Assembly: GCA_038065055.1 (NCBI GenBank)
Contig: JBBTRT010000005.1
Span: 2,706-66,705 of the forward strand
Direction: 5' to 3'
Source of the DNA: Patescibacteria group bacterium
GTDB taxonomy: Bacteria; Patescibacteriota; Microgenomatia; UBA1400; CG1-02-47-37
Length of the DNA stretch: 64,000 bases
Both the position numbers and the translations under genes were made by a program. This document shows, in pieces, positions 9,327-19,587 of this stretch; within the stretch, counting starts at the first letter, position 1; each line of letters starts with the position of its first letter. The notes under the pieces were generated by a model, which saw only the letters and a program-made list of their open reading frames with translations, ran no database searches and was not told where the DNA came from.

Positions 9327-10041
9327 ATTTGGTTAATAAATAGCTGTTCATTGTCCCAAGGGCATGACGGCTTTGGTTAACTATTTTTAAATGATTTAAT
9401 TTATAAATTTGATTCAGCTCGCGGCAAGAAAAAAAATGAACATAGGGGTTGAAAAAACGATCAGCCAAATCTGAACGGGCTTCGGAGAATGAAGAAAATG
9501 ATTTTAAGATCAAAAGACTAAATAAATTATAAAGGATAAAATACAACGGACTAAATAAATTAAGCCAAAACTGAGGATAAAACAATCGGAAAATAAATAA
9601 AGCATATAAATAGCGATAAGGATGAGTAGGGTTATATAAAGTTAAGTAAACCAGTCCCTTAGGCCTTAAAACCCGGCTGATTTGTGAAAAAACAATTAAA
9701 TATTCAGGGATATGATGAATCACGCCACAACTTAAGATTAAATCAAAGGTTTTATCAGGAAAAGGTAGTTTGGCAGCCGAAGCTAAGCGATAATCGGCCG
9801 GAGCCAATTTTTTGGCGGCCTGCAAAGAGATACTTGAAGCGTCGATAGCCGTTACTTGACGCTGCCAGTAGAGTTGGTTAAATCTTTCGATAACCGCACT
9901 AGCACCGCAGCCAACGTCTAATATCTTTTTAGTTTTGACTGGTAAAGGAACTAATTTTCCTAATAAAGTATGGGTTTTTAAATAGACTAACGCCTGGTCA
10001 GACAATAAATGAGCGTAAGGATAGGTGTTGTAGTGGGTCAT
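9319..10041 (-). CDS. class I SAM-dependent methyltransferase with a hydrophobic C-terminal extension
   Basis: Motif I ILDVGCGASAV and FDLILSCGVIHH. The C-terminal region is hydrophobic (LFIFRLFYPQFWLNLFSPLYFILYNLFSLLIL). Confidence 0.7.
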   Translation of the reverse strand: MTHYNTYPYAHLLSDQALVYLKTHTLLGKLVPLPVKTKKILDVGCGASAVIERFNQLYWQRQVTAIDASSISLQAAKKLAPADYRLASAAKLPFPDKTFDLILSCGVIHHIPEYLIVFSQISRVLRPKGLVYLTLYNPTHPYRYLYALFIFRLFYPQFWLNLFSPLYFILYNLFSLLILKSFSSFSEARSDLADRFFNPYVHFFSCRELNQIYKLNHLKIVNQSRHALGTMNSYLLTKYV

Positions 10042-11717
10042 GACTTTTTAGTCACCAGAAAGTTACCGATGGCCAAAGCATCAATATCAGTCCGGGTAAA
10101 AGTAGTAATTGCCTGGGCCGGAGTGCAAACAATCGGCTCAATGTCATTAAAAGAAGTGTTTAAAACCAGGGGAATTTTAGTCAGTTGGTAAAAATCATGA
10201 ATCAACTGCCAATAGCGCTGATTTGTCTCTAGGCTGACGGTTTGCAAACGGGCAGTTTTGTCAACATGAGTAACCGCCGGTATCAACTTTTGTTTACCGG
10301 AATTAACCTTGGCCAACAAAATCATATAAGGAGAATCAGCCACGTCAAAAAATTCCAAAGCATGTTCAACTAAAACCGAGGGGGCAAACGGCCTGAACCA
10401 TTCCCGGTGTTTAACCCGCTGGTTTAAAATCGCTTTCATGTCTTGGCGGCGTGGGTCAGCCAAAAGACTGCGGTTGCCCAAGGCCCGGGGACCGACTTCC
10501 ATGCGGCCCTGAAACCAGGCAATAATTTTCCCCTGACTGATCATTTTCGCCACCACGGCGGTAATCGATTTTAATTTTACGTAATTAAGCCGGGTTTTTT
10601 TGAGCTGGGTTAAAATTTCCGTGTCAGAATATTCAGGGCCAAAATAAACGTGTTTTAACGTGGTTGTGCAAGGTTGTTTTAAACATTGGTGGTAAAAATA
10701 CAAAGCACTGCCCAGGGCCGCGCCGGCATCATTGGGAACGGGTTGGACAAAAATATTTTTAAAACCGGTTTGGCGAATAATTTCCCGGGTCATTAAGCAA
10801 TTCAAAGCTACGCCGCCGGCCAGACACAGATTTGGCGAATGAGTCAGTCGGTATAAATGTTTCACCATATGAATCGCCCCGATCTCCAGAACTACCTGAA
10901 GAGCGCGGGCGATATTTTGCTTTTGTTTCGAACCAAAGCGCTTAATAAATAACGGAGATAGCCATTGCTGGCGGCCATGAGTGTGAAAAGAAAAATATTT
11001 TAAGTTCAGTTCAACCCGGCCATGGGCTTTAAGTTTAATCAACGGACGCATTAGTTTGACTAATGATTGGTTGCCATAGGCCGATAAACCCATCACCTTG
11101 CCTTCGTCGCTAAAGGCGGTAAACCCCAAGTAGTCGGTGACTGCCGAATAAAGCAAACCTAAAGAGTGAGGAATTTTTTCGGTTTGCAAAACTTTAATTA
11201 TATTATCCTCCCCAATAGCCATCATGCTGGTAGCAGCTTCTCCCCTTCCATCCAGAGTGAGAATGGCAGCCTGATCAAAAGGAGAAACAAAAAAGGCGCT
11301 GGCACTGTGGGCAAGATGGTGCGGGCAATAAAAAATTGGCTTTTGGGCTAAATCAGGACTGACTGAAGCTAAATATTTTTTTAAACTTAAAACTGCCAAA
11401 ACCCGCTGAGAAAAAGTATAACGGTCACTACCGGAAGGGCCGGTAAAGAGGTTTAAGCTGGCGGGAAAATAACGGAACAAATGAACCAGGTTTTGGGTCA
11501 TTTCCAGCCAAGGCTGCCAAAAAAAAGTAATCTGGTCAATATCATTGGGGCGTATTTTTGCCTGCTTTAAGACTGCTTTAATTGCCTGAAGCGGAAAAAC
11601 CGAGGTATGTTTTTCCCGGTTAAAACGCTCTTCTTCAATAAAGGCGGTAATCTGACCGTCCTGAATTAAACAGGCTGCGGATTCATGGGAAAAAGCAGTT
11701 AAGCCTAAGATATTCAT
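10038..11717 (-). CDS. carbamoyltransferase (NodU/CmcH family)
   Basis: N-terminus MNILGLTAFSHESAACLIQDGQITAFIEEERFNREKH; the length (559 aa) is typical of the family. Confidence 0.85.
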   Translation of the reverse strand: MNILGLTAFSHESAACLIQDGQITAFIEEERFNREKHTSVFPLQAIKAVLKQAKIRPNDIDQITFFWQPWLEMTQNLVHLFRYFPASLNLFTGPSGSDRYTFSQRVLAVLSLKKYLASVSPDLAQKPIFYCPHHLAHSASAFFVSPFDQAAILTLDGRGEAATSMMAIGEDNIIKVLQTEKIPHSLGLLYSAVTDYLGFTAFSDEGKVMGLSAYGNQSLVKLMRPLIKLKAHGRVELNLKYFSFHTHGRQQWLSPLFIKRFGSKQKQNIARALQVVLEIGAIHMVKHLYRLTHSPNLCLAGGVALNCLMTREIIRQTGFKNIFVQPVPNDAGAALGSALYFYHQCLKQPCTTTLKHVYFGPEYSDTEILTQLKKTRLNYVKLKSITAVVAKMISQGKIIAWFQGRMEVGPRALGNRSLLADPRRQDMKAILNQRVKHREWFRPFAPSVLVEHALEFFDVADSPYMILLAKVNSGKQKLIPAVTHVDKTARLQTVSLETNQRYWQLIHDFYQLTKIPLVLNTSFNDIEPIVCTPAQAITTFTRTDIDALAIGNFLVTKKS

Positions 11718-11721
11718 CAGG

Positions 11722-13140
11722 TTATTCTAGACTAATTATTTTAAAACTGCCATTTTGATAAACCGGTTCTTTCGGCCAAATCCAGTCTGAGGGTAAAACC
11801 AAATAACTGGCTGATTCGGCCCGGGCCAGCTGAAGAATGGCTTCAGGCGGCATTTGACGGGCCTTGGCAATCAGTTGAGCGGTGATAATTGGGCTGGCTG
11901 AGCCTAAAGCGCGCCAATCGATTTGATAATCGGCCAGCAGTTTAAAACCGCTAATAATTGCCTGATCGTTAACAATCCCAATGGTGGTTTCCGGCCAAAT
12001 CAGGTTGTGCGAGCGCAGGGAAAAAGACCGGAAAGTAGGTAAAAACGGCAACAAATACAACTGACTATCAGGGCGGGTGTTGGTCCGGAGCCAAAGTTGA
12101 GCGGCCAGCCAATTTTGATCATAGCCAGATGTTTTCGGTGGCAAATGCAAAGTCAACAGCAGAAGTGCGGCAATTAAAGGCAGGTTAAATTTTAACGGTA
12201 AGAGTGTTATTTTGGCAGCTAATCCGAGCCAGCCTAAAACCACTAAATACATGGAGAGCCGGAAAAACTGCAACTGGATGATAAATTTCAAAGGAAAAAA
12301 TTCCGTGAAAATAAGCGCAAAGATAAAAATAATCATGGCCGAGCCAATCAATAGCCTGACACGTTGCTGGCGAATAAAAAATAAGCCAATGAGAGGCCAA
12401 AGGCCTTTAAACCAGGGGATTAAATCCCAGGTAAAAGGAAATAAGTGGTGGCCGGAGCGAAGTTGGTTAAAGGCCAGCCAACCGGACAAACTGACAATTG
12501 ATGAGTGAAAAATGTTGGACTGGAAATTTTGCCAAATAATCGGGAGGCTAAAAAGCAAAAATAACCCCAGGCCGATAGTGGCCAGACGGATTTTTTTAGC
12601 CAATAATAAGGCTAAACCCAACCAGGCCAGCAAATGAATCGCAGTAAGGCTATGAAAATTAGCCATCAGTCCGGCCAAACTAAAGGCTAATAGTTCTTTT
12701 TGGCGCGTAAACAGCCAAAGACAGAGCAAGCCAAAAGGAAAGACAAAAAAGCTTTGGTACAAATAGCCATGATTGATCCCGACCATGATGCCGCCTAAGG
12801 AGAATTTAGGGAACATTAAAAAGAGAACGGCCAGATAACCGGGAAGAGAAGTTTTAAATAGTATCCTGGATAAAAGCACTAAGCCCAGAACAAAAATAAA
12901 AATCGAGATTAAATGGAAAATAAACCAAACCACAGTAACGCTAATAAAACGGCTAAAAAAAACAATCATTGGGTAAAACCAGGTAACATACTGATTTAAG
13001 GATTGGCGATAGACATCGCTGGGGCCGGGAAAAATCAACGGCAAATAATAGGCATCCTGGTTAATCCCAAAAGTGTGGCCACCAAGCAGCAAACTCAAAC
13101 CGGTCAGGCAAAGAATGATCAACCACGAATTAAGGCGCAT
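11722..13140 (-). CDS. polytopic membrane protein, possibly a further GT-C-like glycosyltransferase
   Basis: At least 10 hydrophobic helices followed by a soluble C-terminal ~110 aa. Only its context within the glycan locus supports the call. Confidence 0.4.
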   Translation of the reverse strand: MRLNSWLIILCLTGLSLLLGGHTFGINQDAYYLPLIFPGPSDVYRQSLNQYVTWFYPMIVFFSRFISVTVVWFIFHLISIFIFVLGLVLLSRILFKTSLPGYLAVLFLMFPKFSLGGIMVGINHGYLYQSFFVFPFGLLCLWLFTRQKELLAFSLAGLMANFHSLTAIHLLAWLGLALLLAKKIRLATIGLGLFLLFSLPIIWQNFQSNIFHSSIVSLSGWLAFNQLRSGHHLFPFTWDLIPWFKGLWPLIGLFFIRQQRVRLLIGSAMIIFIFALIFTEFFPLKFIIQLQFFRLSMYLVVLGWLGLAAKITLLPLKFNLPLIAALLLLTLHLPPKTSGYDQNWLAAQLWLRTNTRPDSQLYLLPFLPTFRSFSLRSHNLIWPETTIGIVNDQAIISGFKLLADYQIDWRALGSASPIITAQLIAKARQMPPEAILQLARAESASYLVLPSDWIWPKEPVYQNGSFKIISLE

Positions 13141-13823
13141 AAAAGCAAATAATATGACTGTAAATAAAACTTCACTCCGGGCCAGCCGCCAATGGAAGAA
13201 GATTCGCTGTAATAGCGGATCGGGATCGGTATTTCGCCAATTTTCAGGCCTTGGGAAATCGCGGCTAAAGTAAATTGCTGGTCAAAAATAAAATCAGTGG
13301 AAAACTGCTGAAACGGAACAGACTTCAAAGTTTTTAAAGAGTAGGCACGCATACCGCTCATATGTTCGGAAAAATTAACCCCCAAAACAGAATTAGCAAT
13401 TAAAGTATAGGCCCGGTTTAAGAAATATTTTATTAAGGGCATGCCGCCGGTTAAAGCCTCCCGGCGCGTCCGGATGCGGGAACCAAACATGTAATCATAG
13501 CGGCCTTGTAAAAGCGGCCGAATTAATTCAGGAATTAAAGTGGCATCATATTGATAATCAGGATGAATCATCACCACCACGCTTGGTTTTAATTTTAAGG
13601 CTTCCCGATAGCAGGTTTTTTGATTAGCGCCGTAGCCTAAGTTTTGCGGGTGGGCAAAAACAGTTAGCTTTAATTTTTTGGCCAAAGAAACGGTTTGATC
13701 ACTGGAGAAGTCATCGACCAGAATAATGTCGCTGACTATTTTCCGGTCAATATCAGCCACGGTTTTTCTTAAAGTTTTAGCACAATTATAAGCCGGCATG
13801 ACAACGACAATTTCAGGTTTCAT
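13119..13823 (-). CDS. GT2 glycosyltransferase (polyprenyl-phosphate sugar synthase-like)
   Basis: VVMPAYNCAKTL...ILVDDFSSDQT and the downstream ED-type region. Confidence 0.8.
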   Translation of the reverse strand: MKPEIVVVMPAYNCAKTLRKTVADIDRKIVSDIILVDDFSSDQTVSLAKKLKLTVFAHPQNLGYGANQKTCYREALKLKPSVVVMIHPDYQYDATLIPELIRPLLQGRYDYMFGSRIRTRREALTGGMPLIKYFLNRAYTLIANSVLGVNFSEHMSGMRAYSLKTLKSVPFQQFSTDFIFDQQFTLAAISQGLKIGEIPIPIRYYSESSSIGGWPGVKFYLQSYYLLLCALIRG

Positions 13824-14716
13824 GAGAGAAATTTTATGAGTTGTTTAAATCGGCGGTAATAGGTATGGCGACGAAGCGTGCGGATTCGGGCGCGGCGGGA
13901 AATAAGCGCTAATTTATCTGGGTGAGATAAATAATAATTAATTTTGGCAACGCAATCCTGAGGCGAAGTAAATAAAACCGCTTCCCTGCCATTAACATAC
14001 CAATCAGAATTTAAATGATCAGATAAAAGCAGGGCGCCGGCGGCAGGGATTTCAAAAGCGCGCAAATTGCCGGCTGAAGGCAAATGAGCCGGGGCTAAAT
14101 TTAAACCGATTAAACTCTGCTGATAAATTTTAATTAATTGGGTACCTTCGGCTAAGCCCTGATAATTCGGCTTAAGCGCTGGTGAAAGTTTAATGCCCGG
14201 CTCCAACCGGCCCCAAATTTTTAAACCAGGATATAATTTGGCAATGGCTAAAAGCTGACGCTGACGGTAAGGGAATAAAGTGCCGACAAAACTAACGGGA
14301 TAAATTTTTTTAAGTTTGCGGGCCGGAAAATCTGCCGGGTCAATGGCAGAAATCGGCAAACAAATTGTTTTTTTGGCCCCGAGCCGTTGCCAAACCGGTA
14401 TATGGGTTGGGTCATTAACCACCACTAATTTTGCCTTAATTCCAATCCGGCGTTCGCTGGCTGATAAGGTTTCCGGAGCAACTCCGGTAAAGAAAACCGT
14501 GTTTTTAAAAGGCAAGACTGCATCCAGGCCAGCGGAAAAGAAAATTTCATCAGGCTGAAAATTATTAATAACAGATTTTAAGCGAAAATAATTAATAATT
14601 CTATTGCCGGGAAATTCAGTTAGTTTAAAGATTTTTATTTGGCAGTGAAGCTGGCGCAGGGCTTTGAGCCACAAATAATGGGACCGGTAAAACGGGGCCA
14701 CGAATAAGATTTTCAT
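13820..14716 (-). CDS. CgeB-like / GT1-type glycosyltransferase
   Basis: C-terminal RAFEIPAAGALLLSD motif and an N-terminal Rossmann-like MKILFVAPFY. Confidence 0.55.
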   Translation of the reverse strand: MKILFVAPFYRSHYLWLKALRQLHCQIKIFKLTEFPGNRIINYFRLKSVINNFQPDEIFFSAGLDAVLPFKNTVFFTGVAPETLSASERRIGIKAKLVVVNDPTHIPVWQRLGAKKTICLPISAIDPADFPARKLKKIYPVSFVGTLFPYRQRQLLAIAKLYPGLKIWGRLEPGIKLSPALKPNYQGLAEGTQLIKIYQQSLIGLNLAPAHLPSAGNLRAFEIPAAGALLLSDHLNSDWYVNGREAVLFTSPQDCVAKINYYLSHPDKLALISRRARIRTLRRHTYYRRFKQLIKFLS

Positions 14717-15924
14717 GCCAGGATTTTTTTAAGCTTGATTAAAAATAACGGGTAAACGCTGATTTGGGCTAAGACAACGGCCCAGGCAGTGCCGACTAAG
14801 CCAAAGTTTTTAGTTAAGGGCCAAAGCAAGATAACCATAACTGCTAATTTGATTAAGTTAAAGCCCGCCACAATCCGGGGCTGGCCAACGGCATCAAATA
14901 AAGCCGAGCCAACGGAAACTAACGGCCGGGTTAAAGCATAAAGCAGTAAAACATTTAAAGCCGGAATCATGCCTAGCCACGCAGGGCCCAGGAAAATTGC
15001 TACCAGCCAGGGGGCAAAAAGATAAATCACCAGGCAAAAAGCCGCGCTTAAAGCAAAAGTAATGATCAGAGCTTTTAGAATACCGCGCCTCAAACGAGTG
15101 GTTTCGGTTTGAATCGTGGAAAAAATCGGAAAAATTATCTGGTAAATCAAACCTGCACCCTGAGTCGTAGTTAAGTTAGAAATTTTATAGGCAGTTTGGT
15201 AAAGACCAAGCGAGTAAGCGCCCAAAACTTTACTGACCAAAAAATCATCGCCCTGATCGTTTAAATAGGAAACAAAAGTGCCGACAGTCACCCACTTGCC
15301 GTAAGCAAATAATTCTTTAATTTTAGTGAAACTAATACGGCTAAAATGGACCCGGGAAAAAATAAATGATAAAAAAGTAAAAGCTAACCCGCCGCAGACA
15401 ATTCCCAAGGGTAAGGCAATTAAGGTGCGCAGCTTTACAGCGAGAATAATCGTGGCGACGGATTCGGCAATGGAGGCTAAAGACTGGTACATAAATTCCT
15501 GTTTGAAGTTCATTTCTTTCCGGAATAAAACCACGGCCGGATTGGCCAGGCCTTTAAGAAACGGGGTCAAGCCGACTAAACGGATAGCTAAAGTCAAATC
15601 AGCCTGGTAAAACCGGCTGATAAACGGCGCGGCCACAAACAAAACGGCAGAAATTAAAAATCCGCGGAGAATAAATGCTACCCAGGCAGAGCTAAAATAT
15701 TGGCGGACATCTTTGCGGGTTTGGACTAAGGCCTGGTACATCCCGGATTCGGTCATGACTTCAACCAAGCCATAGGGCAGCATCACGATGCCAAACCAAC
15801 CAAAGTCAGCCGGAGTTAAAATCCGGGCCACAATGATTAATTTCAGGAAAGAAAAGGCTTTAATGACCACTTTTAATAAGCCCAGCCAAAACGCGCCGGT
15901 AAAACTTAATTTAGTTAAAATCAT
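14713..15924 (-). CDS. polysaccharide flippase (Wzx / MOP superfamily)
   Basis: About 12 TM helices. The start was trimmed to MILTKLSFTG (ATG 15924); the track start 16077 would overlap the aminotransferase gene by 167 bp. Confidence 0.75.
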   Translation of the reverse strand: MILTKLSFTGAFWLGLLKVVIKAFSFLKLIIVARILTPADFGWFGIVMLPYGLVEVMTESGMYQALVQTRKDVRQYFSSAWVAFILRGFLISAVLFVAAPFISRFYQADLTLAIRLVGLTPFLKGLANPAVVLFRKEMNFKQEFMYQSLASIAESVATIILAVKLRTLIALPLGIVCGGLAFTFLSFIFSRVHFSRISFTKIKELFAYGKWVTVGTFVSYLNDQGDDFLVSKVLGAYSLGLYQTAYKISNLTTTQGAGLIYQIIFPIFSTIQTETTRLRRGILKALIITFALSAAFCLVIYLFAPWLVAIFLGPAWLGMIPALNVLLLYALTRPLVSVGSALFDAVGQPRIVAGFNLIKLAVMVILLWPLTKNFGLVGTAWAVVLAQISVYPLFLIKLKKILA

Positions 15925-17023
15925 AAACTGCCTTGATGATTGTTTTTTGATCAGCCAGAGATAAATCCGGATAGATTGGCAACATGACAATTTTGGGCCA
16001 AACTTTTTCCACGGTGGGCACCTGGGACGGAAAAGATTTAAACATCGGGTAATAATGGTTCGGCAAGTAATGGACATTGGCAGAAATGCCTTTGGCGTTT
16101 AAATAGTCGATAAACCGGTCGCGAATTTTAGCCTTGACTTGGATAAAATAATTATGATGGCTGGAACGGGCCCAACTTTTAACCGGCGGAGCTGAAAGCC
16201 AGGACAAAGAAATAAAGGCTTGATTATAGCGCTGGTAAATTTTTTGGCGGCGGGCATTTGTCTTAACTAATTTAGCTAATTGAATTAGGCCAATGGATGC
16301 ACTAATATCGTTCATCTGGTATTTAAAACCCAGGTCAGTAACCGCATACTCCCATTTATGAGGCTGGCGGCCGGAATAGCGTTTCCAGGTAGAAGAACTA
16401 ATTCCGGACCAGGCTAAGTGGCGAATGCGGTCAGCCTTAGCTTTATCATTGGTTACCACCATGCCGCCGTCGCCAGTGGTAATATTTTTAATGGCGGCAA
16501 AAGAAAAGCAGCCCAAGTCCCCAAAGCCGCCCACGTGGCGGCCATAATAATAACTGCCGGCAGCGTGAGCGCAGTCTTCAATTAAAGTAATTTGTTTCTC
16601 CCGGCAAACTTTAGTTAAGGGCTTTAAATCCATGGGGTGGCCGCCGTAATGCAGGACTAAAATGGCTTTAGTTTTGCGGGTAATTTTATTTAAAACATCA
16701 TTAACGTCGGTAGATAAAGTTTCCGGGTCGCAGTCGCTGAAAACAATTTTACCGCCGGCTTGTAAAATGGTTTGGTTGGCGGCAACAAAAGTCAGGGACG
16801 GACTGATCACTTCATCGCCGGGCCGGATGGAAGTTAAAAAAGATAAGTGGAGGGCAGCGGTAGCGGAATTCAAAGCGACCGCATATTTAGTATGGGTTAG
16901 CTTGGCCATTTGGGCCTCAAAGGCTAAAGTTTGCGGGCCATTGCCCAGCCAACCGGAACGCAAAACTTTTATCACCGCCGCTTCTTCGGCCTTGCCTAAG
17001 GAAGGTTTAAATAAGGGGATCAT
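15911..17023 (-). CDS. DegT/DnrJ/EryC1/StrS sugar aminotransferase
   Basis: MIPLFKPSLGKAEEAAV... and the FSFAAIKNITTGDGG PLP-lysine region. The start was trimmed to ATG 17023 (TAATG overlap with the upstream gene). Confidence 0.85.
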   Translation of the reverse strand: MIPLFKPSLGKAEEAAVIKVLRSGWLGNGPQTLAFEAQMAKLTHTKYAVALNSATAALHLSFLTSIRPGDEVISPSLTFVAANQTILQAGGKIVFSDCDPETLSTDVNDVLNKITRKTKAILVLHYGGHPMDLKPLTKVCREKQITLIEDCAHAAGSYYYGRHVGGFGDLGCFSFAAIKNITTGDGGMVVTNDKAKADRIRHLAWSGISSSTWKRYSGRQPHKWEYAVTDLGFKYQMNDISASIGLIQLAKLVKTNARRQKIYQRYNQAFISLSWLSAPPVKSWARSSHHNYFIQVKAKIRDRFIDYLNAKGISANVHYLPNHYYPMFKSFPSQVPTVEKVWPKIVMLPIYPDLSLADQKTIIKAVYDFN

Positions 17024-17886
17024 TATCTTAGAATTATACCAGAAATGGCTCCGGCCATAACCGCTAAATCCGCGGTTAACTGAAGGCCGGGCAAATAAAT
17101 TATGCCCCGCCAATTGGTGAGATAACGAAAGTGTTTAAAGATTGGCCAAAGCAAGTAAAGCAAAAATAACCACGGAAAAAATATGAAAACTAGGTAACGG
17201 CCAAAAACAGTGGCGATTTTAATTAAATGCGGCCGAAAGCGTGCCTGAATATCGCCTTGAGCATAGTGATACAGCTGGCGGAAAAACCGGGAAAAACCAG
17301 CCGCTTGCCGCCAAAAAACAATTGCTTTAGGGGCAGTGGCCATTTTACCTTTGGCTTTCAGTTTTTGGGCAAAAACCAGGTCTTCGCAATAATTTAAGTT
17401 GGCTGGATATTCGGCAACTCCTTTTCTGAAAGCGAGTGAGCGGGATGAAGGCAGATAGGTTTTTGGGTTAAATTTATCCGGCATAACGCAGACAAACAAG
17501 GAAGCATAGTATTGAAAAACAGTGTCTATTTTCGGTTGGTAGTAGCCGGCCACGGACAGCACGGTTTTATCTTTAAACGGCTTAGTTAAGCGTTCCAGCC
17601 AATGCTTATCTAAAATACAGCCGGCGTCGGTAATGGCAATGATTTCATTTTGAGCGGCTTTTATTCCCAAGTTTCTCCCAGTTGATCGATTAGTCCCCCT
17701 ATCACACACCAGGAGTGTGATAGGGTATTGCCGGAGTATTTCGAGCGTGCCATCGGTTGAACCGGCATCCACCACAATAATTTCACTTGGGGGCAAAGAT
17801 TGTTCAAAAAGTGAATTTAACAGCGGCTTGATCGTCTCCGCTTCATTTAATACCGTAACTATAAGGCTAACCTTAACGTCGGACAT
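17023..17886 (-). CDS. GT2 glycosyltransferase
   Basis: VSLIVTVLNEAETI...VVDAGSTDGT...AITDAGC. The start was trimmed to MSDVKVS. Confidence 0.8.
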   Translation of the reverse strand: MSDVKVSLIVTVLNEAETIKPLLNSLFEQSLPPSEIIVVDAGSTDGTLEILRQYPITLLVCDRGTNRSTGRNLGIKAAQNEIIAITDAGCILDKHWLERLTKPFKDKTVLSVAGYYQPKIDTVFQYYASLFVCVMPDKFNPKTYLPSSRSLAFRKGVAEYPANLNYCEDLVFAQKLKAKGKMATAPKAIVFWRQAAGFSRFFRQLYHYAQGDIQARFRPHLIKIATVFGRYLVFIFFPWLFLLYLLWPIFKHFRYLTNWRGIIYLPGLQLTADLAVMAGAISGIILR

Positions 17887-18529
17887 TGATACCGAAAGTA
17901 TTAGTAATTTTAAAGTCGATGCCGTCGGATTCAATGACCGCAAAACCTAAGTTGCTGATGGGCGGCTGGCCGCCTGGATGCCAACGCAACTGCTGGAAAT
18001 CTGCCCAGCCAATACGGATCAAGAAATTCCTCATTAAAGCGCCGTGGCTGACCACTAAAACCGTTTGGCTGGAGTAAGCAAAACTAATCTCCCGCAAAAA
18101 AGTAATTAACCGGGTGACGGCGGCGCCCAAATTTTCAATCCCGTAAGGAAACTGAAACTCAAATTTTTCTTCGGTGGATAATTTCTCGTAATCGGCCAGC
18201 AGCTGTTTAAGCTTGGCGTGGTAAACAGTTTCCGGTTGGCCTTCCAGCTCGCCGAAACCCCGCTCCCGCAATATATGATGGGCCGTTACGGCTAATTGGT
18301 GCTGCAAGCCGATAATTTTCGCGGTTTGGTTGGCCCGGACAGCTTGCGAAGAAAAAGCGGCCGCAAACGGAATTGTTTTTAATTTTTTGGCGGCGGCCCG
18401 GGCCTGTTTAACGCCGGTTGAATTTAAAGGGGCATCGATTGTCGAACCCTGGATAATTCCCTGTTTATTATTGTCAGTTTCGCCGTGGCGGACGAGATAG
18501 ATGGTGCACTGTTTGATTATTTTTGCCAT
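17873..18529 (-). CDS. histidine phosphatase family protein (phosphoglycerate-mutase-like)
   Basis: IYLVRHGETDNN catalytic RHG motif and a downstream SHG (VVSHGALM). Confidence 0.8.
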   Translation of the reverse strand: MAKIIKQCTIYLVRHGETDNNKQGIIQGSTIDAPLNSTGVKQARAAAKKLKTIPFAAAFSSQAVRANQTAKIIGLQHQLAVTAHHILRERGFGELEGQPETVYHAKLKQLLADYEKLSTEEKFEFQFPYGIENLGAAVTRLITFLREISFAYSSQTVLVVSHGALMRNFLIRIGWADFQQLRWHPGGQPPISNLGFAVIESDGIDFKITNTFGINVRR

Positions 18530-19476
18530 AACTGAAGATATATTTTAGCAACTCCTGACCACTTAGGATACTTCGGGCATGGCGGCAGATTTTGATCAAG
18601 CTGGCTGATTAGCTCCTGGGCTGAATTGCTGATATGGATGTGTTTGGCGGCCGGAAAGGTAATTAAATAATCTTTTTTTAAGCCATTGTTGTACAAGGCA
18701 AATACCTGGCGCTTGAGCCTTAACGCTTCCCAAATAATCAGGTAAGACGAGCAGAAAACATGGCTGGCGCTGAGTAAAAAGGGTTGAATATTGTTAACTT
18801 TGCCAACAACCCGGCCAAGTTTAACGGCCTTTTGGCGAAGCGGGCCATCGCCCACAAAAGTAATTTTATAACCCTGTTTGGTTAAGATTTTAAAAGCCTT
18901 AAAGTACTCCAATAAACCTAAATCTGCTTGCAAGCGGCCGATAAAAATCAGGTGTTTAGTTTTAGGCTGGGCGGGTTTAATTTTAATTGGTTCAACGGCG
19001 CCATAAGAAATAAAATCAGGTTTGGTTTTATACCAAATGGTTAAATAGCCGCCGATGCAAATATTGCCCCAAGAAAGCCATTCATAGAGCTTTCTTAAAA
19101 CCAGGTTTTTTAATGGAATAGGAAACTTCCCTTCCCAGCCGTGAAAGGTGGTAAAGACTGGTTTAAATGGTAAAAGCAGGCAAAAAGGCAAATACCAAAA
19201 AAAGATGTCGTGGCAGTGAATAATGTCAGCTGATTTAAAAAGCTGCCGATTTTGCCAAAGTTTGCGCCATATCCCCCATTTGGATTCGCAATAGGGGAGC
19301 CGGACGACTTTAATTCCCTGAATTAGTTCAAAAGATTTTAATTTGGGATCGTATTTTTGGGTGGCAATCGTGACTTGGTGGTTGCGTTTCACTAATTCCC
19401 GGCTGATCATTAAAACGTGTTTTTCAGCTCCGCCAATATGCGGATAAAAGAATTTAGTGAGGAAAAGTATTTTCAT
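18517..19476 (-). CDS. GT4/GT1-type glycosyltransferase; first gene of the minus-strand glycan operon
   Basis: MKILFLTKFFYPHIGGAEKHV. TGGTAAAAT (complement of 19485-19493) lies 8 nt upstream of the ATG. Confidence 0.7.
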   Translation of the reverse strand: MKILFLTKFFYPHIGGAEKHVLMISRELVKRNHQVTIATQKYDPKLKSFELIQGIKVVRLPYCESKWGIWRKLWQNRQLFKSADIIHCHDIFFWYLPFCLLLPFKPVFTTFHGWEGKFPIPLKNLVLRKLYEWLSWGNICIGGYLTIWYKTKPDFISYGAVEPIKIKPAQPKTKHLIFIGRLQADLGLLEYFKAFKILTKQGYKITFVGDGPLRQKAVKLGRVVGKVNNIQPFLLSASHVFCSSYLIIWEALRLKRQVFALYNNGLKKDYLITFPAAKHIHISNSAQELISQLDQNLPPCPKYPKWSGVAKIYLQLWQK

Positions 19477-19504
19477 TCTCCTATATTTTACCAGACGCGG
19501 TCAG

Positions 19505-19527
19505 CCTGCGAGGAGAGTCCTTGTTGG
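19505..19527. repeat. REP-like palindrome, degenerate copy (CCTGCGAGGA GAG TCCTTGTTGG)
   Basis: Read directly. It shares 19 nt (AGCCTGCGAGGAGAGTCCT) with the copy at 63083-63101. Confidence 0.7.
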
Positions 19528-19587
19528 CAGGGCTTAAGTTTACTAATCTGATAGACAAAGAACATAAAAAGTTAATATAATAAAAGA

